In this document: positions 41,479-51,108 of the stretch, piece after piece
Numbering within the stretch: the first letter of the stretch is position 1
Layout of the letters: every line of letters starts with the position of its first letter
DNA from: a virus
Lineage: Duplodnaviria; Caudoviricetes
Strand: one strand, 5' to 3'
DNA length: 64,000 nt
IMG/VR virus record: IMGVR_UViG_3300035498_000371
Span: 32,001-96,000 of that record
The notes under the pieces: generated by a model
Seen by the model: the letters and a program-made list of their open reading frames with translations, nothing else
What the model was told of the DNA's origin: nothing
Databases searched by the model: none
Translations under genes and position numbers: made by a program

Positions 41479-42309
41479 TTACATTTTGAATGCATAATCC
41501 ATAATGATATTATTTACATGCTTCTCAAGATTTACTGTAATCTTATCGCCGTATCTTGAAGTCATAAGAAGAGTGTTCTCGTTAAGCAATGTAACAGAAT
41601 CATAGATACCATCAAAAGTTTCTACAATCTTAGTTACATTTGCAGATTCTCTCTGAAGCCTATTAATTACATCCATAGCTGCGCCTTCAGTAATCTTGAT
41701 GATAGTACCAGGATCATTTTCAGGAACAACGATGCTATTCTCTGATAATACTTTGCCATCAAGAGCAGCCTCAGATACAATCCTATCTGTGTATGCAACT
41801 TTATGTGAAGGATAAATAACACTATCCCATGTAATAATCTTAATACCCTTAACATAAGCTTTACCGTTTACATTTTCGATAGTACCAAGAGCTCTTAATG
41901 AGAATGCAGGTAAGCAACCTTCTCTAAGATCCTGATCGAAGTACTCTCCATAGTTATTATTCGTTCCCTTAAACTGAGCTTTAACCAGATTACCCTCTGT
42001 CCATACTTTTAAGAATCTAACGCATACTAATTTAGGATCTATCGTTTGCTGACGAACCAAATCATCAGATAACGGATGTCCGTACTCGCCACAGAACTGT
42101 TTAGCGTTTATAAGCTCTTTCATTCTATCGCCATTAATCTCTGGTTCAAGATCTGCTTTAGCATAAATACGTCTGTTTCTGTTTTCTTTATCCATATCCT
42201 GAAGCGTTCCTTCAGCTATAACACGTTTAGTGGAACCATCTGTAATTATGGTATCCTCAACGGTTGTAGCGCCTTCAAGAATGATGTTTCCAATCACCTT
42301 ATTAGACAT
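41479..42309 (-). CDS. Prohead protease (T4 gp21-like)
   Basis: NRNRRIY, GEYGHP, FSLRALG, ITWDSVIYPSH; start at MSNKVIG after aaggagg; AACA-N6-TA at 42339..42350 (-). Confidence 0.9.
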   Translation of the reverse strand: MSNKVIGNIILEGATTVEDTIITDGSTKRVIAEGTLQDMDKENRNRRIYAKADLEPEINGDRMKELINAKQFCGEYGHPLSDDLVRQQTIDPKLVCVRFLKVWTEGNLVKAQFKGTNNNYGEYFDQDLREGCLPAFSLRALGTIENVNGKAYVKGIKIITWDSVIYPSHKVAYTDRIVSEAALDGKVLSENSIVVPENDPGTIIKITEGAAMDVINRLQRESANVTKIVETFDGIYDSVTLLNENTLLMTSRYGDKITVNLEKHVNNIIMDYAFKM

Positions 42310-42414
42310 ATTCTCAACCTCCTTAAAATAAAATTTCTTACTCTTATGTTTCCCAGAGTATAGCCCAAATCTGTTAACTTTATAGTAATAATTTAATAAA
42401 GGAGGCTTAGAATC

Positions 42415-45009
42415 ATGATAAAAGTCGCAGTAGAAGACGTTAATCACAGAAAGTCTACAAGACGTACGAAGTTCAGTAGAGCTAATGTGACAAATAATGC
42501 TTTCCCAAGGCTTTATACTGAAAATGGAGTATTCTGTCAGAATAATACCATTGATGCTATACAGCATTGGGATAGAATAGCCGAAGATACTAACGTTGCT
42601 TATGATAAAGCTTTAGATGCATTTTGCGAGCTATGCTTAAATGCAAATCAATCCGTTATATCTACTCAGTGTTCTTTTTTAGTAGAGAACGTTGATAAAG
42701 TAAGAGATGCTAATAGTCTTATGAATTCTATTAAATATAGAAATTCAAGATTAAAGACTAAGATTGCTACTAAGATTAATAATAAAATTTCTGGAGTGAA
42801 CGATACTATACAGAATTCTATTAGTAATCTATCTCAAACTCTTCATAAAGCCGGTACAGGTTCAACTGCAGGAGTTGCTAAATCTACTCAAGTTTCTGAA
42901 AGTTTTATTGATGAATGTTTCGATAAGATTTATACTAAAGCCAGACAAGCTAAAGAATGCGATCGCATTCTTGAAAATTATTCAAAAATAGCAAGAAGTT
43001 TTAATGTGAATGAGATTGTTAGATGCATCTCTAATAAGAATGACATCTATCAGGCTGTTGTAGATATAACAGAATGCGTGGACCAATTCAATATTGGATT
43101 TAAATCCAAATATAATGCAGCTCTTGAAACTTCATTATATGCTCTCAATACTAATCACATTTATTGTGATAAGAGTAAGATCATTGAAGCCGTAACTGAC
43201 TATTTTATCTTTAATTATGGTTTAACTGAATCACAGATTGGAGATATTAGAAAGTTAAGCACTTCATCTGTATTATATGAAAGCTCTGATTTCGATGATT
43301 CTGATTATCTATGGCAGACTTCTGTAACTGATGATAACACGAGTATGGATTATATAGAACCAGATGAGTATAGCGATGGCTTAGCAATGGTTTCTGAATC
43401 ATTAAAGAAGACTCTTAATGATAAGAAGAATGAACTTAAGCATGAATATAAAGATGCTAAGAAAGACGTTAGAGCCGTGAATAAAATGGTTAAGAAAAAT
43501 GCTAGACATGGAAATCCAGAAGAGCAGCGTGATGAAGAAATTAAAGCAATGGTTGATGATTTCCGTAAGCAATGTACTAAAAATAAAGATGATAAAGATA
43601 GAAAATCTGCAGTGGTACAGCTAAAGGCTCTTATTACTAAGATCTTTACAAGATCTCCAGCACAGATTATCTATGAATTACCATCTATCTTTGGTATTAT
43701 TAGAGGGTCGTTTATTGTAACGATATTCTCTGTAAATCCTATATTGGGAATTATTACATTGATTACCGATCAGTGTATTAAAATGACCCTTACAAGAAAG
43801 CAGATGGAGAAAGTCATTAAAGCATATGAGAATGAGATCTCTTCTTGCAATAATCGCTTAGATAAAGTCAAAGATAGTGATGAGAAAGATCGCTTAACTA
43901 AGTATAGAGATAAACTCAAAGAAGATCTCGAAAAGCTTAGAGAATATGACAGAAGTAATTATACAGAAGAAGAAAATGATGAGCGTAACGCTTATGATTA
44001 TGATGATGATTTCGATGGTGATGATGACTTCGACTTTGATGACGACGATGAATGGGGAGATTTAGACTTCGATGAAGGAGCTATTCGTACAATGGCAGCT
44101 ATAGTCGTTACAGAACAGCTTATGACTAGCATATCTGAAACATTAATCGACGATGATATTGACGGTATAGTTTGTGATAACATATTCAAGCTTCCTAACG
44201 AAGATCTAGATACAGCAGCAGATTTTGCTATCACCGTTCCAGTGCTTCATGAAAGAGATAGATTATGCGAAGCAATGATTCAACAAAAAGATCTTATTTA
44301 TACTCATGAAAATATGACAGTAGAGGATAGAAAGAGAATCGATTGCCTTAATGAGAATATTTATAAGATTAGAAATGCTGGCGGTACTACTGCCCCTACA
44401 ACGTTGAAAGAATCTATTTGTTATCTTAAAGCCATTCAAGAAATCTTAAATATTGAGGGGCAAGAAGAATACGTAACAGAGATGGATTTTTCTAATACAT
44501 TAAAGCTTGCTGTAGATAATATGAAAAGATCTGCTGTTAAATTAAGTGATAAAGAGAAGAAAATATCAAGTGATATTGACGTTACTGTAAATCAGTTCTC
44601 TAAATCATTACAGACAGCAATGATGAATGGCAATAGAGAAGCAGTCATTAAAGGAAAAGTAATACCTTCAGCATCTAAATGTATAAAGCTTGCTTTAGTT
44701 ACAGGAGCAGCATGGGCTATCAATCCAGCCATAGCTGTAATTGGCGCTCTTGGAACATTCGCCTGTATGAAGAAGATGCAAAAGAAGGAAAGACAGCTTG
44801 TAATAGATGATATTGAGATCGAACTTAAGATGTGCGAGAGATATATCCAGCAGGCTGAAAATGAAAATGATCTTAAGAAAGTCAGGGAACTTGAGAAAAC
44901 TCAGAGAACTCTCGAAAGACAGCTACAGAGAATTAGATATAAGATGAATGTAGAATATGGAGAGAGCACTCCAAGCTCTACTTATAGACCTGGCGGGGAT
45001 AGAGATTAA
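42415..45009 (+). CDS. Large putative head/inner-core protein
   Basis: 864 aa in the head cluster; repeated INPxxxxI helical modules and acidic patches. Confidence 0.6.
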   Translation: MIKVAVEDVNHRKSTRRTKFSRANVTNNAFPRLYTENGVFCQNNTIDAIQHWDRIAEDTNVAYDKALDAFCELCLNANQSVISTQCSFLVENVDKVRDANSLMNSIKYRNSRLKTKIATKINNKISGVNDTIQNSISNLSQTLHKAGTGSTAGVAKSTQVSESFIDECFDKIYTKARQAKECDRILENYSKIARSFNVNEIVRCISNKNDIYQAVVDITECVDQFNIGFKSKYNAALETSLYALNTNHIYCDKSKIIEAVTDYFIFNYGLTESQIGDIRKLSTSSVLYESSDFDDSDYLWQTSVTDDNTSMDYIEPDEYSDGLAMVSESLKKTLNDKKNELKHEYKDAKKDVRAVNKMVKKNARHGNPEEQRDEEIKAMVDDFRKQCTKNKDDKDRKSAVVQLKALITKIFTRSPAQIIYELPSIFGIIRGSFIVTIFSVNPILGIITLITDQCIKMTLTRKQMEKVIKAYENEISSCNNRLDKVKDSDEKDRLTKYRDKLKEDLEKLREYDRSNYTEEENDERNAYDYDDDFDGDDDFDFDDDDEWGDLDFDEGAIRTMAAIVVTEQLMTSISETLIDDDIDGIVCDNIFKLPNEDLDTAADFAITVPVLHERDRLCEAMIQQKDLIYTHENMTVEDRKRIDCLNENIYKIRNAGGTTAPTTLKESICYLKAIQEILNIEGQEEYVTEMDFSNTLKLAVDNMKRSAVKLSDKEKKISSDIDVTVNQFSKSLQTAMMNGNREAVIKGKVIPSASKCIKLALVTGAAWAINPAIAVIGALGTFACMKKMQKKERQLVIDDIEIELKMCERYIQQAENENDLKKVRELEKTQRTLERQLQRIRYKMNVEYGESTPSSTYRPGGDRD

Positions 45010-45034
45010 TAAAAACGTGAAAGGAGAATGAGTC

Positions 45035-46168
45035 ATGATTTTTAATATTAATTCAAATCCTGGATTCGTTCATGAGTTGGAAATAAATGGTCAGAAAGTC
45101 GACGAAGACGATAATAAAAATGACTATACTGCTAATGCAGATGATGACACTGGTGGAGATAATCCACCAGCTGAACCTGAGGATACAACAGAACCAGCAG
45201 ATGACGATAATACGGATGATGCTGGAGATGATATGACTGATTATACTGCTGAAGACTTCGATGATGGAGACGATGAAGGCGGCGACGATAGCACCACAGA
45301 TGAGCCAGCAGATAATGAAGAAGATCAACCTGATAATGCCGGTAATAATGATGAAGGCGGAGAAACTTCAACAGATTATACTACTGATGATACTGACTTA
45401 GACACTCCAGATGAAGATGAAGGCGACGAGCCAGATGATGCTGGAGGAGATGCAGAACCAACAGATGGGGATAGCCCAGATAATACTGAAGATGACGAGG
45501 ATGGGGATGCTCCAGAAGATGATATGACCGATTATACTGCTGAAGACTTCGATGATGGAGACGATGAAGGCGGTGATGAGGATGCTGGAGATGGAGAAGA
45601 TGTCACTACAGATGAACCAGATAATAGTGGGGCTACAGGTGATTCAAATTCAACAGATTATACTGCTGAAGGTGATGACGACGAAGGTGGAGATGAAGGA
45701 GATGCTGGAGACGACACCGGAGATGATGAAGGAGCCGATGATAATGCAGACGATTCTGGCGATGAAGACGCGACAACTGATGGGGAAGAGAATAGCTCAG
45801 ATCCAAAGAGTTTAGCAGATATGGAAAAGAATCTGTTCTCTGATCTTACTCCTCAACAGATGTCTATCAAAAATACTGAGCTTCTTCAGAACTATATAGA
45901 TCTTCATGCTACATTAGAAACTATAACAACGGATCTTGATAAGATAGAAAAAACTTTTGAGAATACAAGAGTTATTGATTTCATTCAAGATAAACTTACA
46001 GAGTTGAAGGATATTATAAACTACACTATAACCACTACATACATTACAAGAACGTATGTAGAGAACCTTTCAAACTATAAACAAGCACTTTTAACTTTAC
46101 AGCAAATCAATTCAATGCTTAAAGGATTAATACAAAAGCCGGCAAAACAAACAAATACCGAACAGTAA
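45035..46168 (+). CDS. Highly acidic repeat protein, candidate scaffold
   Basis: ~250-aa D/E/G/T-rich region with five DYT motifs; helical C-terminal domain; directly upstream of the MCP. Confidence 0.6.
   Translation: MIFNINSNPGFVHELEINGQKVDEDDNKNDYTANADDDTGGDNPPAEPEDTTEPADDDNTDDAGDDMTDYTAEDFDDGDDEGGDDSTTDEPADNEEDQPDNAGNNDEGGETSTDYTTDDTDLDTPDEDEGDEPDDAGGDAEPTDGDSPDNTEDDEDGDAPEDDMTDYTAEDFDDGDDEGGDEDAGDGEDVTTDEPDNSGATGDSNSTDYTAEGDDDEGGDEGDAGDDTGDDEGADDNADDSGDEDATTDGEENSSDPKSLADMEKNLFSDLTPQQMSIKNTELLQNYIDLHATLETITTDLDKIEKTFENTRVIDFIQDKLTELKDIINYTITTTYITRTYVENLSNYKQALLTLQQINSMLKGLIQKPAKQTNTEQ
45227..45580 (+). repeat. Intragenic ~60-nt direct repeat (DDMTDYTAEDFDDGDDEGGD x2)
   Basis: Near-identical gattatactgctgaagacttcgatgatggagacgatgaaggcgg at ~45239 and ~45530. 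Confidence 0.85.
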
Positions 46169-46173
46169 ATATT

Positions 46174-46185
46174 AACAATATAGTA
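46174..46185 (+). promoter_or_regulatory. Late-type promoter AACA-N6-TA
   Basis: AACAatatagTA upstream of the MCP. Confidence 0.7.
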
Positions 46186-46263
46186 AATACTTAGGATTGG
46201 ATACCCTAATTATTTATATAAATAATTAACTTATTCCAAAATATATTAAGGAGGTAATTTAAT

Positions 46264-48114
46264 ATGCCAGTTGTAGGTGAAAGACGAAATCCTAACATGG
46301 GAAATATGTCTAAAGATCCCATGTATGCATATGCTGCAGCCTTCATGGAAACACAGCAGAATATGCTTCGTGAAAATCGCATCGACTATGGTTTCGAGCC
46401 AGTAAGAGCATTGGCTATTCAGGGAAACCGTGATGCACTCAGAAAATTCTATGTTGAAAATTCGGTGGTAGGCGACCGAAACAGTATGACAACAGAGGAG
46501 TACGACGATCAGATCAAAATGATGGACGAGGCGTTCATCAATGATATGCAGGCCGTACAGGAAAATGGTAGTATTGGTATGGCTCAGTACAACCCGATGG
46601 TTGGTCTGTCTCTGCCTATGCATAAATACCTTATGTTAAACTGTGTATTCGCACAGGCTATTCCTCGTTTCGTTGCTAAGTCTAGTTCTTGGACTGAGAC
46701 AATGGAAACAAGATTCATGGTTACACCGGATGGAAAGAAGATTGATATCGCCAATCAGCAGAATCAGATCTATCCAGCATGGAAGAGCGCTAACAAACCT
46801 ATCGAGGTTGCTATCGCATTGCCAGAGGTTCAGACAGTGGATATTCTTAATGAGTATTTCCACGTAGATCGTAAGAGTCACAATCTTTCTGTTGCTACTC
46901 ATATCTCTGCAGTTGCAATTGAGGATGCTTATAAGAAAGGTGATACTGTTCTTACAATCGCCGATGGCGTTATTACAGAATCAGTTGCTACTGAGGATGG
47001 TACAGGACTTGTATGGAAACCTTGGTTAGCAGAGTTCACACCAGGATATGGTGAGTATAACCGTGTTATTACAAAACCAGTTGATATTGTTGTTACAGGT
47101 GCAGATGGAGAGGAAACAGCGTTCCATGATTCTATCTTTGCTATGCAGCAGGATAATATGTTTGAGATCAACTCAGGCGGTAAGATCAAAGCTGTTAAGA
47201 TGTATGCTCGTTATGACGCATCTTCAAGAATGCTTAAGACTCCGAGAGTAGAGTGGAGCGAGAGAACTACATTCGTTCAGATTCCTGAGAATGATGGTAT
47301 TACTGTACCTATCACTCCTGAGGAAGTAAAAGACATCGGCGCTAACTATGGTATCAATCAGGTTACCAAGTACATGAGCATGATCAAAGACATTCTTGAG
47401 AATGTTAAAGATGATGATATCCACAATGAGCTTGATGAGAGCTTTATGAGATTGGATGACGATCACAGATTGGCTAAGACAATCGATTTCGCTCCTCGTC
47501 AGGGATACTACAGTGATCACCTTGAGTGGTTACAGAGGACATTCATGAATACACTCGATCAGTATATTACTGGTCTGCTTACAGTTCTTCGTGATCCTAA
47601 TATGCAGATCTGCATTGTTGGTCGTCCAGGACTTATCAGACAGATTACACCTACAGAGTACAGCTACGCTACTCCTTCAAGTGTTGGTCCTATCGAGCTT
47701 GACTTTAAGAAGACTGTTGTTACTTCAGATAAGAGAGTATACAACTTCATCTCTTCTGATAAGTTATTCGGAAATGATAATCTCATTGTTCTCTTGATTC
47801 CTAAGAACACTGATCGTATCGTATATCGTTTATATGATTATCAGATGTACATCAGCAATGAGATCAGAGATGCTGAGAATCCGGCGCTTCCTGCATTAAC
47901 TGCATTCCAGCGTTACAAATTCTTCTCATATCAGCCTGTTCAGGGTCGTCTGTTCGTTGCTAATCCTAGCGGTCTTCGTGAGCATCTGCCTAACGTTGAT
48001 CCTATTGGACCTCAGTATACAAACAATGATCTTGGTAGCGTTTACACTCATTATGATGAGGCTACAGGCAAGAATGTTGCAACAGCAAATGAGCTTCCTG
48101 AAGTAGACGGTTAA
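46264..48114 (+). CDS. Major capsid protein
   Basis: 616 aa in the head cluster near the protease and acidic protein; strongly biased codons; own promoter and terminator. Confidence 0.75.
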   Translation: MPVVGERRNPNMGNMSKDPMYAYAAAFMETQQNMLRENRIDYGFEPVRALAIQGNRDALRKFYVENSVVGDRNSMTTEEYDDQIKMMDEAFINDMQAVQENGSIGMAQYNPMVGLSLPMHKYLMLNCVFAQAIPRFVAKSSSWTETMETRFMVTPDGKKIDIANQQNQIYPAWKSANKPIEVAIALPEVQTVDILNEYFHVDRKSHNLSVATHISAVAIEDAYKKGDTVLTIADGVITESVATEDGTGLVWKPWLAEFTPGYGEYNRVITKPVDIVVTGADGEETAFHDSIFAMQQDNMFEINSGGKIKAVKMYARYDASSRMLKTPRVEWSERTTFVQIPENDGITVPITPEEVKDIGANYGINQVTKYMSMIKDILENVKDDDIHNELDESFMRLDDDHRLAKTIDFAPRQGYYSDHLEWLQRTFMNTLDQYITGLLTVLRDPNMQICIVGRPGLIRQITPTEYSYATPSSVGPIELDFKKTVVTSDKRVYNFISSDKLFGNDNLIVLLIPKNTDRIVYRLYDYQMYISNEIRDAENPALPALTAFQRYKFFSYQPVQGRLFVANPSGLREHLPNVDPIGPQYTNNDLGSVYTHYDEATGKNVATANELPEVDG

Positions 48115-48137
48115 TTAATGTAAATGATCAAGATATA

Positions 48138-48163
48138 CAGGGGTAGCAGAAATGCTACCCTTG
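48138..48163 (+). terminator. Terminator after the MCP
   Basis: caggggtagca-gaaa-tgctacccttg. Confidence 0.75.
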
Positions 48164-48226
48164 TAATTTTGTCTTATTCATTCACGTCGGAACAAATAAA
48201 TAAAAATAGATAGAGGAGGTGTTTGT

Positions 48227-48388
48227 ATGGCTACTATAAATCCATATGCTAGACCATACCCTACTAATGATTTGGGATCGGTATATACACATTATAATCC
48301 TAAAACTGGTAAGAATGAACCAACTCCAAATGTATTACCAAACAATAATCCAAAGGAGGATAACAAGGATGGAAAAGACACCAAGTAA
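48227..48388 (+). CDS. 53-aa protein duplicating the MCP C-terminal tail
   Basis: MATINPYARPYPTNDLGSVYTHYNPKTGKNEPTPNVLP...; RBS gaggaggt; AACA-N6-TA at 48191..48202. Confidence 0.8.
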   Translation: MATINPYARPYPTNDLGSVYTHYNPKTGKNEPTPNVLPNNNPKEDNKDGKDTK

Positions 48389-49511
48389 TTATAACTTTTC
48401 TAATATGGAAAAGTTGTTATTTGCTATTGATGAAGATCATTCCAGTTCTACTTTATCTAAACTGAAGAATGAGCTGAATAAGTTTTTCAATAAAGCAAAA
48501 TGTAAAGAAGTTTTATATACTATGAACACCGATAAGATGTTTTTCGGTATGAGAGTTTATCCTATGATTAATGGAGATGAGGCTCTTGAAATTCTGGGAG
48601 ATGGAAAGACTAAACCATTTGAGTACTACTACGTAGAGCTTGATTCTAAATTATTTGATCCTATGCTGGGGTTGGATGAGAAGGAGCTAACAGCCATATT
48701 ACTTCATGAGGTTGGTCATATTGTATATGATACTGGTACTATAGATGAAGTACGCAAAGCAGTTGATATGTATTTTGCTGGAACTGGAGATTATGCAGAT
48801 CCTAAAGTTTCTAAAGGATATAAAGAGCTTATTGGATATGCAATGAAAGACTCTGTTATGAAAGTAGGTTCTATATTCTCTAGATTCGGTAATGATGAAA
48901 TCATTGCAGATGCTTTTGTTACAGGCTGTGGCTATGGTCCTTATCTTGAGAGTGGTGTAAGAAAGATTATGAGGTCTGATACATATTTGAATAAAGATGT
49001 TGATGATAGATTAATCACTCTTAGTTGGGTATTAAGACTTCGTAGTGAGTTTGCTATAAGAAGATTACCAGCAATACATACTCTTAATAAAGCAAAACAC
49101 CTTACTGGTTCTCAGCTTGAGAAGAGAGAATTAGATTATGCTGTTAATTTGCTTAATCACATGGATGAACCAATGACTGAAGGGGCTATCGATGCTGTAA
49201 AGCAGAGATTCTCTAAGAAGTTCAATGACTTCAAGGTTAAGGGTATTAACGCTATTAAGAACGATGTATATGAGTTTAATGTTAGACTTCGTTGTGCAGA
49301 GTCTGAAGATGATCTTTTGTATATCATCAGAGCAATCAATAGAGATGTAACAATACTTCAGGATTATCTTACAGAAGACATTCCTGATAAGGAAAGAGAA
49401 GCAGTATTAGCAACCTTACAGGAGCTTTATGATGTAAGACAGAAAGCAGCAAAAGAAAAGAGTGTAAGAAATCTTAGCAGTAGTCTTATAAATGTCGTAT
49501 ATCCAGAGTAA
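48369..49511 (+). CDS. HExxH zincin-like protein, probably virion-associated
   Basis: ELTAILLHEVGH...EIIADAFV..CGYG; start at MEKTPS after aaggagg. Confidence 0.7.
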   Translation: MEKTPSNYNFSNMEKLLFAIDEDHSSSTLSKLKNELNKFFNKAKCKEVLYTMNTDKMFFGMRVYPMINGDEALEILGDGKTKPFEYYYVELDSKLFDPMLGLDEKELTAILLHEVGHIVYDTGTIDEVRKAVDMYFAGTGDYADPKVSKGYKELIGYAMKDSVMKVGSIFSRFGNDEIIADAFVTGCGYGPYLESGVRKIMRSDTYLNKDVDDRLITLSWVLRLRSEFAIRRLPAIHTLNKAKHLTGSQLEKRELDYAVNLLNHMDEPMTEGAIDAVKQRFSKKFNDFKVKGINAIKNDVYEFNVRLRCAESEDDLLYIIRAINRDVTILQDYLTEDIPDKEREAVLATLQELYDVRQKAAKEKSVRNLSSSLINVVYPE

Positions 49512-49642
49512 AATATATAAGGGGAAGCAGAAATGCTTCTCCTTTATATCTCTTTATAAAGCATTAAAATGTATATTTTTAACATTATATTTACATGAAA
49601 TTAATTATGTAGATACTATTTTTATTAAGGAGGAACAATTCC

Positions 49643-50434
49643 ATGGCGTTTAAAAACTATAACAACAACACAAACACACCTACAACCACTACTTATTCAC
49701 CGATCTCATTCTCTAACGGTGATTCTAAAGTGGAAGGCACAAGATTAAGCATAAGCTATTTCAATAAGCTTATGAAGATTTCCATTGCAAAGAAGACTTC
49801 TGGTGGCGGAAACAACGACTATGCTACATTCGATAACGATAATGCTGTTACCGTTTATGTATCTTATTCTAAGGCTAAGATTTTGCTGGATCTTCTTCGT
49901 ACAAGATTTACGCATGACGATGTTCATAATGTATGTGTAGAGTTAAAGAATGGATTACTTAAAGTATCCGATGGTGTCGAATTTGGTTCGACCATGCCAT
50001 GTATTAGCATCAGCTCTGCAGATGCTAACGGTAATGTAACAGAGACGATTTATCAGTGCAAAGATAACTTCTATACTGGCGCTTATAACTATAACAATGG
50101 TAAGTATTCCTCTGAATCATTTGATTTGTTTGAGTTGGATACTTTCGAGATGGTACTTGAAGAGTATTATCGTGCATCTTCTTATGCTATCGCTGCAACT
50201 GTAATGGAAGCAAATATGTATAAGCGTGAAGGTCAGTATAATCTTATTAGAGCAATTGCAGATAAGGTTGGAGCTTCAACTCAAGGAGGTGGAAATTCAG
50301 GAGGATATAATAGTAAAACATTCCTTGCTGGTAATGGAAACTCTGGAAATGGCGGAGGAATGAATGGCGTCGCTGCAGAATACGAAGCTAGTTCATTCGA
50401 TGATATTGCTAGTAGCATGAATCTTCCTGAATAG
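49643..50434 (+). CDS. Possible single-stranded DNA-binding protein
   Basis: Beta-rich core, G/N-rich linker and acidic-aromatic tail (EYEASSFDD); inference from architecture only. Confidence 0.45.
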   Translation: MAFKNYNNNTNTPTTTTYSPISFSNGDSKVEGTRLSISYFNKLMKISIAKKTSGGGNNDYATFDNDNAVTVYVSYSKAKILLDLLRTRFTHDDVHNVCVELKNGLLKVSDGVEFGSTMPCISISSADANGNVTETIYQCKDNFYTGAYNYNNGKYSSESFDLFELDTFEMVLEEYYRASSYAIAATVMEANMYKREGQYNLIRAIADKVGASTQGGGNSGGYNSKTFLAGNGNSGNGGGMNGVAAEYEASSFDDIASSMNLPE

Positions 50435-50439
50435 GATAT

Positions 50440-51108
50440 ATGAAGAAAGATAATGTAATCCTTGCTAATTTCGATTTCTTGGTGGACTTAGACGTAGCAA
50501 TGTTTAAGTTCATCAAGAATCGTTATAAGAACTCCAAGTATGTAGATCAAAAAATCATTAATATGGAAGATGAGAATCTTATTAAGTATACTATGCTGAA
50601 TAGAAAGCATATAAATCCATTAGAAGTAATTATGCCTGAGGTAGACACCACAGATATGTATTATGAAATAATGAATGATCATTTTGACGAATTATTATCA
50701 TATGCTAAAGCATATGATACATTTGGTCTGCTTATTACGTTTCTCAACAATGCATCTTCGGTAGATATAGTAGTTCGTTGTAATAATGAGAAAGAAGAAA
50801 AGTTTATCAAAAAACTTAATCCAATACTTAATACAACTATAACTCCTAGATCAAATGTTAGGGTTAATGATTATTCTGTTATTTATGAGAAGTATTACGC
50901 TTATTTAATAGAGTATCCTAAACTTATAACTAAGCATATCTACATTGCGGCAGCAAAATTTAATATGGAAGAAGATAAAGATCTTCTTAATGTAGGATTA
51001 TCTACGTTATTTGGAGATATAAACGCAATCCATTTAATGGATTTGTATCAATATGTAAAATTCAGATTTAAGAAAACCGAGGAGGATGACGACGATGATT
51101 CAATCTAA
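50440..51108 (+). CDS. Hypothetical protein (possible degenerate HAD fold)
   Basis: N-terminal ILANFDFLVDLD. Confidence 0.6.
   Translation: MKKDNVILANFDFLVDLDVAMFKFIKNRYKNSKYVDQKIINMEDENLIKYTMLNRKHINPLEVIMPEVDTTDMYYEIMNDHFDELLSYAKAYDTFGLLITFLNNASSVDIVVRCNNEKEEKFIKKLNPILNTTITPRSNVRVNDYSVIYEKYYAYLIEYPKLITKHIYIAAAKFNMEEDKDLLNVGLSTLFGDINAIHLMDLYQYVKFRFKKTEEDDDDDSI

Noticed and set aside
42310-42567. N-terminal extension of the prohead protease in the ORF track (similarly 48246..48368)
   Set aside because: It overlaps other genes or promoters; a strong RBS marks a downstream start.
45100-45800. CRISPR-like or tandem DNA array
   Set aside because: Repeats are in-frame codon repeats of an acidic protein, without constant repeat-spacer periodicity or cas genes.
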